A DNA stretch of 64,000 nt, taken from positions 67,713 to 131,712 of the forward strand of contig CAKQLP010000004.1 in assembly GCA_934254675.1 (NCBI GenBank), in the 5' to 3' direction. The notes below the pieces were generated by a model. That model had not been told where the DNA came from, did not search any database, and saw only the letters and a list, made by a program, of their open reading frames with translations. Positions 19,444 to 27,915 of this stretch are shown here, in pieces. This DNA is from an uncultured Alphaproteobacteria bacterium (GTDB lineage Bacteria; Pseudomonadota; Alphaproteobacteria; RF32; CAG-239). The position numbers and the translations under genes are program-made. Positions within the stretch are counted from its first letter, which is position 1, and the number at the start of each line of letters is the position of its first letter.

Positions 19444-22400
19444 ATGTTTAAAAACGTACTTTTTATAAAAACAACCAGTTTTGCCTCTTTTATTTCGTTG
19501 GGAATATCTTTAATTCCATTGTCGGCAAACGCCTACAATCTATCACCGTTATCTTTTTCCCAAATGTACAATCTGGCACAAAACGGCGAAGTCGAAGCTT
19601 TGCGGGCATCCGTCAGACGCGGAATGAATATAGACAGCCTCAATCAAAACGGAGACACAGGATTATGTGTTGCCGCACAAAACCGCGATGCTTACACTTA
19701 TAATGCTTTTCGCGCCGCCGGAGCGAATCCACGCCACCCTTGCGTTCAGAGAATCCGATATTATGAAAATTTTGTAAATTCATCTAAAGCAGTCTCTGTC
19801 ACAGCAACTCCTCGTGAAGCCTATGGAACTATGGGAAAAGAAGAATTTAAAATTTCTCCGACAACATGGTGGCTTTTAGGTGGTTTAGCCATTGGCGGTG
19901 GAATTGTCGCCCTCGCTGCCGGCGGCGGTGGCGGTGGCGGAAGTAACAGTGATTCCGGCGAATCCGAAAGATACGACACAATCGGTTCTTCTTTAGGTTC
20001 TGCGGCATCTGTTATCAAATCAACATCCGGCACGGCAATTAACCACAGTAATTTTACCGTGAATAATGCGGATGAAAAAAAGATTGCTTCGTTAAATTTT
20101 AATAAAAACCCCTTAGAATCCGGAAAGTATTTAAATATTGTTCTTGAAGCGTTAAACGGAGGCTCTTATACAAATGCCGAAAATACAAATTTGCAAATAA
20201 CCTCCGGCGTCAACGCCATGGCCGCTGTCAACAATGCAACCGTCGTTAATAATGGATATATAAAAGCCGAATCATATAATGCCTCTGTCGGTATGATTGC
20301 AACCAACAATTCTCAAGCCATAAATAATGGCCGCGGTTCTATAAACGGCATTGATTTATATTTCTCCGGTTTTAATGAAAATAACACCTTATTAGGTATA
20401 TATGCTGATAGCAATTCAACAATTACCAATAACGGAGAAATCCGCGGAACAGCAAAACAAGCTTCTAAAAACCCAAACCAAGAAGATGATTCAGATGGCA
20501 GTTCCAACGACAGTTCTTCTTCCGATACTTCATCGACGACTTCTGTTTCTGGAACAATTGTCGGAATGGAAACAATGATTATGAACACCGGTACCAAAGC
20601 TGTTAATGAAACTGTATCCGCCAAAAATAACGGCACCATAAAATTAAGCGCCGGTGACAACACAAATACCAGTAATGAAGTAAAAGTCAACCTTATCGGT
20701 ATGGGTAGTTATCTAGATGACGGATTTTTAAACAACTCCAAAAATATTCAGCGCGCTGATAAAGCATATTTGGAAAATAATGGAAAAATTGCTTTGGGTT
20801 ATACTGGACAATATACGTTTGACAGCACAAAAACCTTGCGTAAAGGTTTAGGTGGCATTATCGGTATGCGCTCCGACGCCAATACAACAGCATTAAACAA
20901 TGGCACGATTGACATTGTGTTGACTGATAGTTCATCATCTTCTTCATCAGATTCCTCCAGTTCTTCCGTTGCTGTTGCCGCCGGCATGCAATCTGTCCAC
21001 AGCGGTACAATCACCAACAATGAAACCGGAAAAATATATGTAACAACCACCGCAGACAACTCCAGAATAACCTATGGTATGATTGCCGTTGAAGGTTCGG
21101 GAACTGTGTCGGGACTTTATACAAATATAAAACAAACCATAAATAACAACGGACTTATACAAATTAAAGCCAGTAATGGTTATGGTATGGCCTCTTATAA
21201 CGGTGGCACTGTCGTCAACACCGGAAATATTATTTTAGGTTCAGATTCTAATGATTCCCGCTACCATGACAATATTGGCATATATGGTTCAAGCGACAGC
21301 ACTTTAGCTAATCTTATAAATCAAGGAACTATTGATATTTATTCTTACAATTCAACGGCAATGCGCAATGATTTCAGCGGTGGCACAACTTTAACCAACG
21401 ATGGAATTATTAACGTTTATCAAAATGCCTCCGGAACAAATATTTTTAGTGGTAATTACAGTCGTGCTATTAACAACGGAACCATAGATTATCGCGCTTT
21501 TTCCTCTGATTCCAGCAGTGGAAGTTCAGGAAGCGGAAGTTCCTCATCCGGAGATTCAACCACCTCTACGGACACAGGCTCTCTTGCGGACGCTTATTCC
21601 CTAAACGTTAAGCAAAAAATTATGACAACAAAATCTCCAACCGCCTCATCGGCAACAACCAGTACCACAGAAAAAGTTGAAAATTATGGTATAATAAAGG
21701 CTCTGTCATCAAATACGGCGGCTATGGCAGCGGAAACAAAACAAGGTCAAGCTTACAACAAAGGAACCATCAATATTGAAACAGATTCCGTTGTTAATAA
21801 TAAACAATACAATGTCGGAATGTATATGGGAGCGGACACACTCTCTTCAGCTCAGTTAGCAAATGACGGAAACATAAATATTCGTTCCAACTACTCTGTT
21901 GGAATGGCTAGTGAATCAAATTCAATCTCCAGTGTGCTAAATCAAGAAAACGGCGTTATTAACGTTTATGGAAACAAATCCTTTGGCATGTATTCAACCG
22001 GAAACAGTTATTTGTATAATAATGGAATTATAAATCTTTATGGTGATAACAATGTTGCCATTTATTCTAAGGGAACAGGAACAGGCGCAGATACACCATA
22101 TATTAAAAACAATAAAGTCAAAATATACGGGAAATACGCCATTGTCTTCCAAATTGCGGGTAATGCTATTGTTGAAACCCCAGGATCTGTTGAGGCTTGC
22201 AATGCGTCTGAAGCCGGATGCAACGCGGAGGCTCTAAGCACCATGACTTATTATTATATTTCAAGCGGCGGCAACCTTACCTTAAGTGCAACTCAGAGTT
22301 TGACTGCCGGAACTTTAGTTAAACTGGCAAACAGCGGAAAAGTTAATATTTCTGAATCCGCGAATCTATCTCTTCTTTTGGGTGCCGAAAATGGTAAAAT

Positions 22401-24420
22401 TATTGACGCATCTTCAGGCGGAACCGTTACAAACAATGGTACCTTAAATTTGTTTTCTACAAAAAATAGCACAGCCATTTCTGCCGGAAGCGGAGCAACT
22501 GTTGAAAATTACGGAAATATAAATATCGCACAAACAGACACAGCTTCTGGAACTGGAAATATCGGCATTTTATCCAGTGGAGCTAAAGTTAAAAATAATG
22601 GCAATATAACCATTAGCACTCAACATAGTTATGGTATGTCTATTTCCGATGGAACAACAACAAATAACAGCAACATAACTGTGACAACAAGTAACAGCGC
22701 CGGCGTTTTGGTAACAGGCGGAGAATTTGAAAACGCTTCATCCGGCGTTATAACTGTTGGAAATGGAAATCCATTTATTAATGGCGGATGTGGTATTGAT
22801 GTTTCTGGCGGTACGGCAACAAATAATGGCGCAATTTATGTATATGGCACAAATTCTTCCGGTGTTCGCGTCAGAGGTGGTACATTTGAAAATACAGGAA
22901 CAATTTATGTTGATCAAGGAAAGATGATTAGTCGATCCTACGGCATCTATGTCACCGGCGGCACAGCGAAAAACAGCGGTACTATTCAGGTGATTAACGG
23001 CGCAATTAACTATATTCCGGGTACTGTTGAAGATGAAAAAAATACTGCAAGCCAATCGCTTATGATGGTGAAAAATAATTCTAAATTTAAAAATAATGGA
23101 ACAATTTCCACCGATACGGCTTGGAATTTTAACGAATCTGCCGACAGCAACAGTTATATATCTATTGGTAAAAACGGAACTTTTAAGGCGCCCCATTTAA
23201 GCGGAAAAGTTATGGCGGATGCTGATATCACTCAAAAAGGATTTGCGCAAGAATATCGCAACGACAACTCTTTTATCGGTCAAGACGATGGTTTAGATAT
23301 TGTCTCCGGCTCATATATGTTTAACGCTAAAAAAGAACAAAATTCTTCTGGAAACACCGATGTTGTCATGACGATGAAATCTTTTGATGATATTGTTGCA
23401 AATAAAAATCTTTCGGATTATTTAACGCAAAATTATGCAGACAAAAAGGGAGAAACAACTTTTAATTTATTAAAAGGCCTGTCTTCGGCGCATACTTTTA
23501 ATACGGCTATTAACAAAGAATTTGGCTTTAGCATGCTTCCTAACCTTGCTAAGCAAGATTTAGATGTTATTAAGAATATTCATCGGGTGGTAAATAATAA
23601 CGCCCTGATAACAACAAATGAAGCCAATCGTTCAGTTGTAAATATTTTAACCTACCAGCAAAAAATTGGCAACAAGCAAAATGTTTCCGGTTATAAAGAT
23701 AATGTAAAGGCTGTTTATGGTTTTAATGATTACCAAATTGCTCAAGATTGGCGTGTCGGATATGGTGCCACTGCCGCACGTTCTGATAGTGATTTTAACG
23801 ACGACTCAAATCGTTATAATAATATGTTGGAGATTTTTGCGCCAATAATTTACAGTCATAACAATTTCAGGGTTTTAGCTGAACCTAAAGCTGGTTTCAG
23901 TAAAGGTCATTATCGTCGAAATGGCGCAGAAAAAATTTATAAAGCTGATTCAACAAATTATTTCTATGGAATTGATTTAGAAACAAAATATACCCTTGAT
24001 ACGAATATTGCGCAATTAGAGCCGATTGCCGGATTTAATATAAACAATCTTAAAATGGATAAGCTTGAAGAAAGCAACAATGGTTTAAAAATTGATAATG
24101 ATAATGTTTCATCTGTTCAATCTGTTATTGGTTTAGATATCAAAAATAAATTAGATATCTCCAAAGACAAATCTCTTACTGTTGTTGCCGGCGGACGTTA
24201 TTTTCATGAATTTGGCAATAAATATTCCACAACAGCAACAATGCAGGATATGAATGGATTTTATGAAATTAAGAGCAATCGTTTTCAACGCAATAGCGGT
24301 TTGCTGATGATGAAAGCGCAATATGATTATAAAAAACTTTCAGTCAGCGCAACAGTTAACACTCCGATTGAACATAAAAACAGTATTTATTACTTATTTA
24401 ACCTTGGATATAAATTTTAA
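19444..24420 (+). CDS. Giant autotransporter-like outer-membrane protein (Sca-like): signal peptide, N-terminal ankyrin-like repeat, Gly-rich hydrophobic segment, repetitive beta-helix passenger and a C-terminal beta-barrel.
   Basis: GAGGA SD before the ATG at 19444; the table start at 19432 is a TTG. Passenger has NNGxI/NNGTI repeats and poly-Ser tracts. The C-terminus has alternating hydrophobic beta-strands ending ...YYLFNLGYKF (terminal Phe). Confidence 0.75.
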   Translation: MFKNVLFIKTTSFASFISLGISLIPLSANAYNLSPLSFSQMYNLAQNGEVEALRASVRRGMNIDSLNQNGDTGLCVAAQNRDAYTYNAFRAAGANPRHPCVQRIRYYENFVNSSKAVSVTATPREAYGTMGKEEFKISPTTWWLLGGLAIGGGIVALAAGGGGGGGSNSDSGESERYDTIGSSLGSAASVIKSTSGTAINHSNFTVNNADEKKIASLNFNKNPLESGKYLNIVLEALNGGSYTNAENTNLQITSGVNAMAAVNNATVVNNGYIKAESYNASVGMIATNNSQAINNGRGSINGIDLYFSGFNENNTLLGIYADSNSTITNNGEIRGTAKQASKNPNQEDDSDGSSNDSSSSDTSSTTSVSGTIVGMETMIMNTGTKAVNETVSAKNNGTIKLSAGDNTNTSNEVKVNLIGMGSYLDDGFLNNSKNIQRADKAYLENNGKIALGYTGQYTFDSTKTLRKGLGGIIGMRSDANTTALNNGTIDIVLTDSSSSSSSDSSSSSVAVAAGMQSVHSGTITNNETGKIYVTTTADNSRITYGMIAVEGSGTVSGLYTNIKQTINNNGLIQIKASNGYGMASYNGGTVVNTGNIILGSDSNDSRYHDNIGIYGSSDSTLANLINQGTIDIYSYNSTAMRNDFSGGTTLTNDGIINVYQNASGTNIFSGNYSRAINNGTIDYRAFSSDSSSGSSGSGSSSSGDSTTSTDTGSLADAYSLNVKQKIMTTKSPTASSATTSTTEKVENYGIIKALSSNTAAMAAETKQGQAYNKGTINIETDSVVNNKQYNVGMYMGADTLSSAQLANDGNINIRSNYSVGMASESNSISSVLNQENGVINVYGNKSFGMYSTGNSYLYNNGIINLYGDNNVAIYSKGTGTGADTPYIKNNKVKIYGKYAIVFQIAGNAIVETPGSVEACNASEAGCNAEALSTMTYYYISSGGNLTLSATQSLTAGTLVKLANSGKVNISESANLSLLLGAENGKIIDASSGGTVTNNGTLNLFSTKNSTAISAGSGATVENYGNINIAQTDTASGTGNIGILSSGAKVKNNGNITISTQHSYGMSISDGTTTNNSNITVTTSNSAGVLVTGGEFENASSGVITVGNGNPFINGGCGIDVSGGTATNNGAIYVYGTNSSGVRVRGGTFENTGTIYVDQGKMISRSYGIYVTGGTAKNSGTIQVINGAINYIPGTVEDEKNTASQSLMMVKNNSKFKNNGTISTDTAWNFNESADSNSYISIGKNGTFKAPHLSGKVMADADITQKGFAQEYRNDNSFIGQDDGLDIVSGSYMFNAKKEQNSSGNTDVVMTMKSFDDIVANKNLSDYLTQNYADKKGETTFNLLKGLSSAHTFNTAINKEFGFSMLPNLAKQDLDVIKNIHRVVNNNALITTNEANRSVVNILTYQQKIGNKQNVSGYKDNVKAVYGFNDYQIAQDWRVGYGATAARSDSDFNDDSNRYNNMLEIFAPIIYSHNNFRVLAEPKAGFSKGHYRRNGAEKIYKADSTNYFYGIDLETKYTLDTNIAQLEPIAGFNINNLKMDKLEESNNGLKIDNDNVSSVQSVIGLDIKNKLDISKDKSLTVVAGGRYFHEFGNKYSTTATMQDMNGFYEIKSNRFQRNSGLLMMKAQYDYKKLSVSATVNTPIEHKNSIYYLFNLGYKF

Positions 24421-24481
24421 GAGTTATATCTTTAAAAATTATTTCGTAAAAAGAGGAAAAAAAGATGAAAAATAAGCTCAG

Positions 24482-24685
24482 CAAAGGTCTCTCTCTCTCT
24501 CTGTAAATCCTAAACATTCGATTTCAGAGCGTTTTAAAGCTTCTACACGCGTTTTTTGCCACTTTTTGAAAAAATTTGAGACAGAACAGAATCCCCTATT
24601 CTCCGTCATTCTCGGATTTATTCCGAGAATCCATGTCAAACAATCTTCTGTGGATACTCGGGTCAAGACCGAGTATGACAAGGGT
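24482..24685 (+). repeat. Dispersed palindromic repeat, copy A: (TC)6T tract plus two hairpins (ATTCTCGGA-TTTATT-CCGAGAAT; ATACTCGG-GTCAAGA-CCGAGTAT).
   Basis: About 80-95 percent identical to the reverse complement of 48065..48306 and to 37870..37955. Confidence 0.75.
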
Positions 24686-24780
24686 TTGCAATGTATTGAA
24701 ACCGCGGAGAGTGGAGTAGCTATACCATATGCGGAAAATCAGCCCCTCTTCAGTATAAAAAAGATATGAATTGCCAAGCA
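24686..24780 (+). pseudogene. Decayed remnant of a pilin-like gene 5-prime end (CAATG-TATTGAAA vs CAGTGCGG...ATGATTGAAATG).
   Basis: Follows repeat copy A in the same relative arrangement as the two intact pilin-like genes. Only short similarity remains, so confidence is low. Confidence 0.3.
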
Positions 24781-24871
24781 TATAGCTTAAATAAAATCAT
24801 GCAAAAATGTAACACTTGTAATACTCAAAACTGCAATATAGGCGTCTTATTCAGTAATAATCCATATTAAT

Positions 24872-24902
24872 AAAAAAAACTCTCCTTTCGGAGAGTCTTT
24901 TT
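24872..24902. terminator. Bidirectional terminator hairpin at the 3-prime end of tRNA-Leu.
   Basis: AAAAAAAACTCTCC-TTTC-GGAGAGTCTTTTT. Confidence 0.6.
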
Positions 24903-24904
24903 AT

Positions 24905-24990
24905 GGTGCGCTAGGCCAGACTTGAACTGGCACGGGATAAATCCCAACAGATTTTAAGTCTGCAGCGTCTACCGATTCCGCCACAAGCGC
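24905..24990 (-). tRNA. tRNA-Leu (anticodon UAA), type II with a long variable arm.
   Basis: The reverse complement is GCGCTTG-TG-GCGG...anticodon stem GCAGA, loop CTTAAAA, then TCTGT, variable stem GGGA-TTTA-TCCC, T-arm GCCAG-TTCAAGT-CTGGC, acceptor, then A-CCA. Confidence 0.8.
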
Positions 24991-25153
24991 ATTACTAGAT
25001 TTTATATACATAAATTTTTTTTCATTTGCAACATAAAACTTGTCTTTTTTTTGAAAATATGCTTAATTATTTTTGGAAAGAGGATAAATCATCCTCTATA
25101 TTAACTTTAGAATACGGCAGAAACAGCGTTTCGGTATTCTTTGGGGAGAACAA

Positions 25154-25861
25154 ATGAAGTCTGTCAACACATCTCTTCGTCATTATTTTTTTCCGAATAT
25201 TAATGAAGACGGGTGGAAATTCATCAGCTTTTTTGCGTTTTTTTCGCTTATTATGGCTATTATATGGTTTCCGCTTGGTTGCTTTTCATTTTTAATTACT
25301 ATTTGGTGTTTTTACAGTTTTCGAGATCCTATTCGGGTAACACCTGTCTTATCTAGCGCCGTTCTGGCGCCGGCCGATGGCTATATTATTGCCATCAACA
25401 AAGAAAAGGGGCCGGATGCTCTTGGTTTATCTAAAAGAAATTTCACCAAACTATGTGTTTATATCAGCCCTTTTGATGTAAATATCAATAGAGTACCAAT
25501 AAAAAGTACTATATCAAAAACTTTTTATGATTCTGGAAAAAAGTTTTCCGGCTCTAAAGAAAAAAATGATATTAGAAATGAAAAAATGTTGATTAGTTTT
25601 AAACATAGTAGCGGTCTTGAATTTGTTTTGCAACAAACTTCGCTATTTTGTAGCAAACGCATTGTCGATAATATAAAAAAAGGCGATGAATTAGCTGCCG
25701 GACAACGTTTTGGTTTTATTCGTTTTGGTTCTTATGTTGATTTATACTTGCCAGAAAAAATAGAACCTCAAGTTTGTGTGGGCCAATATTTAATAGGCGG
25801 TGAAACAATTATTGCCGATATAAAATCAGATGCTCCCCGTATTGAAGGAGAAATAAGATAA
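25154..25861 (+). CDS. psd: Phosphatidylserine decarboxylase proenzyme (short form).
   Basis: 235 aa. N-terminal TM segment, then the LAPADGYIIAI...FGSYVDLYLP Psd signature. GGGGAGA SD. Confidence 0.7.
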   Translation: MKSVNTSLRHYFFPNINEDGWKFISFFAFFSLIMAIIWFPLGCFSFLITIWCFYSFRDPIRVTPVLSSAVLAPADGYIIAINKEKGPDALGLSKRNFTKLCVYISPFDVNINRVPIKSTISKTFYDSGKKFSGSKEKNDIRNEKMLISFKHSSGLEFVLQQTSLFCSKRIVDNIKKGDELAAGQRFGFIRFGSYVDLYLPEKIEPQVCVGQYLIGGETIIADIKSDAPRIEGEIR

Positions 25862-26706
25862 TGACAAAAATTTATCAAAATAACCATTCATCCGCTATGC
25901 GCGGTGGAATAAAAAAGAAAGCTATCGGAAAATTTAAAGGCGTTCCATTTAGAAAAATGGCGCCAAATATTGTTACTTTAATGGCTTTATGTTCAGGTGT
26001 TTCAACTATAAAATTTGCTATTATGCAAAATTGGACATTTGCTATTGTATGCTTATTTTTAGCCTGTGTTTTTGATGGTTTAGACGGACGAGTTGCTCGC
26101 AAATTAAAAGCATCGTCAAAATTCGGCGCAGAGTTGGATTCTCTTTCCGACTTTGTCAGCTTTGGCGTTGCTCCGGCTATTTTAATGTATCAATGGTGTC
26201 TCAATGGTATTCCGCATTGGGGATGGATTTTTACCCTTATGTTTTCAGCAGGCATGGCTATGCGGTTAGCTCGTTTTAACACAATGCTTGAAGACGCTTC
26301 AATTCCGGAATATTGGTCTCACTATTTTGTTGGTGTTCCGGCACCTATGGCCGCCGCTATTGCCGTTATGCCTTTGCTTATCTCATTTGCTTATCCGGAA
26401 TATGATTTTATTTTGCGTAACAAATATTTGTGTAGCGCGCTTATGATTTTAGTCGCATACTTAATGGTTAGCCGCATTCCAACACTTTCTCTTAAAAAAA
26501 CACGAATTAATGCTGATTATTTTTTACCCTTAATGATATTATTCGCATTATTTGTTAGCTGTCTTTTAACACAGCCATGGTTAACCTTAGGATTGTTTAC
26601 TTTAGTTTACTTATTGACAATTCCATTCACTGTCATCAAATTTTTGCACGACAAACGCAATTATGAAAAAAACATGACAGCCGACGGCACAGAAAAAAAA
26701 GAATAA
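25861..26706 (+). CDS. pssA: CDP-diacylglycerol--serine O-phosphatidyltransferase.
   Basis: CDP-alcohol phosphatidyltransferase motif DGLDGRVARK...G...ELDSLSD. Multi-TM protein. Start overlaps the psd stop. Confidence 0.75.
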   Translation: MTKIYQNNHSSAMRGGIKKKAIGKFKGVPFRKMAPNIVTLMALCSGVSTIKFAIMQNWTFAIVCLFLACVFDGLDGRVARKLKASSKFGAELDSLSDFVSFGVAPAILMYQWCLNGIPHWGWIFTLMFSAGMAMRLARFNTMLEDASIPEYWSHYFVGVPAPMAAAIAVMPLLISFAYPEYDFILRNKYLCSALMILVAYLMVSRIPTLSLKKTRINADYFLPLMILFALFVSCLLTQPWLTLGLFTLVYLLTIPFTVIKFLHDKRNYEKNMTADGTEKKE

Positions 26707-26721
26707 ACACTTATGTAAAAA

Positions 26722-26788
26722 AAGACCTCATTTGGTTTTATCCAACTTTAAGAGTATGGTTCAAAATCAAAATGAGGTCTTTTTTTTT
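26722..26788. terminator. Long-loop hairpin with a T-run between pssA and the convergent gene.
   Basis: AAAGACCTCATTTGG...CAAAATGAGGTCTTTTTTTTT. Confidence 0.4.
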
Positions 26789-27065
26789 ATACAACGCCGC
26801 CAGTATGCAAACAGTAATCATGATTTTTAAGATTATAATTTTTATAAACTTCACACTCTGAACAAACGCATCCTTTATCTTGATAAATACAATTACTTTT
26901 TTCAAATGCGCAATATAGCTTTTCATAATGCTGTACCTTTTGTAAATTTTCTAAAGACTTTAAAAAATTCTCCGGCGCATTTTTCAATTTACAATGCTCT
27001 GTATATGACGGACAAGTCATACAACGACATAATTTAATATTTTCAGCTGTTTTATCTACTTGCAT
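26787..27065 (-). CDS. Hypothetical Cys-rich small protein (92 aa).
   Basis: Twelve Cys in CxxC-like pairs (CRCMTC, CKL, CAFEKSNC, CVCSEC). Confidence 0.4.
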   Translation of the reverse strand: MQVDKTAENIKLCRCMTCPSYTEHCKLKNAPENFLKSLENLQKVQHYEKLYCAFEKSNCIYQDKGCVCSECEVYKNYNLKNHDYCLHTGGVV

Positions 27066-27133
27066 TTAAACCTCCTTTTGTTTTTACAAAATTTATATAA
27101 ACATAAAGAGGAACTTAACAACCTAATCAAGAG

Positions 27134-27415
27134 TTATAGACGTTTAAACACTCCATCAATAATCGGAGGAAAATAAGATGTCATTTCCGGAGCCGATTTA
27201 ACTATATCAACTCTTGCAAACATCGGTCCATTATGTAAAGCCTGTTCCAACTGTTGAATATTATCTTCCTTACCGGCCGCCAACACCAAAACATCTCCGT
27301 TTGACAAATTACAAACATAACCAGAAATTTTACCTATCTCCTTAACACGACGCAGAGTCCAAAAGCGAAATCCCACGCCTTGAACTCTGCCGCTAACTAA
27401 ATAACATTTTTGCAT
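27134..27415 (-). CDS. acyP: Acylphosphatase.
   Basis: VSGRVQGVGFR motif. 93 aa. Confidence 0.75.
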   Translation of the reverse strand: MQKCYLVSGRVQGVGFRFWTLRRVKEIGKISGYVCNLSNGDVLVLAAGKEDNIQQLEQALHNGPMFARVDIVKSAPEMTSYFPPIIDGVFKRL

Positions 27416-27915
27416 TAATTTTTACCGTTTAAAAAATCATCTATTTCAAATAGCTCATTTTTAACACATTGGCGTCCTTGCTCGGCTTCATCATCTACGC
27501 CCCATGATTTACTTTGATAAAGTTCTTCTAAATATGCCAAATCAAAGGCTTCTGACGCCGATATCTTCTTTTCGGCAAAAGCCAACGCCAATAAAGGTGA
27601 TTTTAGGCGTACCGCTGCCAAATAATACGCCGTAAGAGTTTTCAAACTCATTTTTTCTAAAATTTGTGTAAATACAGCGCGATTATTTTCATTTTGCGGC
27701 GGCGGTGTCAAACCATCCGTTTCTTTCAGCGTAATTTTAAAACGATTATTTAACCATTTTAAAACAGGCAGCCATTTTTCTGTTTGCAGTTTTTTAATAT
27801 CTTCGTTGGCACTCCAAAACAAAATGACATCTGTAAAGGAAAATTCAACAAGTTTTTCAATAACTTCAGAACGATGTTCTTTTATATCTTTCTCTGCTTG
27901 TTTAAAATTTATCAT
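27415..27915 (-). CDS. ATP12-family F1-ATPase assembly chaperone (short form).
   Basis: C-terminal LAYLEELYQSKSWGVDDEAEQ resembles the ATP12 LSRLEEEYQIQKWG...W motif, and WLPVLKWLNNRF resembles WDPIIEWAEKRYG. Alignment is from memory. Confidence 0.5.
   Translation of the reverse strand: MINFKQAEKDIKEHRSEVIEKLVEFSFTDVILFWSANEDIKKLQTEKWLPVLKWLNNRFKITLKETDGLTPPPQNENNRAVFTQILEKMSLKTLTAYYLAAVRLKSPLLALAFAEKKISASEAFDLAYLEELYQSKSWGVDDEAEQGRQCVKNELFEIDDFLNGKN

Noticed and set aside
19821-23196. Minus-strand ORFs inside the autotransporter gene (for example the PPPPPP-containing 19821..20033 and 22738..23196).
   Set aside because: These are shadow ORFs of the Gly/Ser-rich repetitive coding sequence.
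24478-24781. ORFs 24478..24681(-), 24566..24769(+) and 24596..24781(-) across repeat copy A.
   Set aside because: They overlap one another in three frames over a nucleotide-conserved palindromic repeat. The shared ILGINPRMT peptide is a by-product of DNA identity with the other copies.
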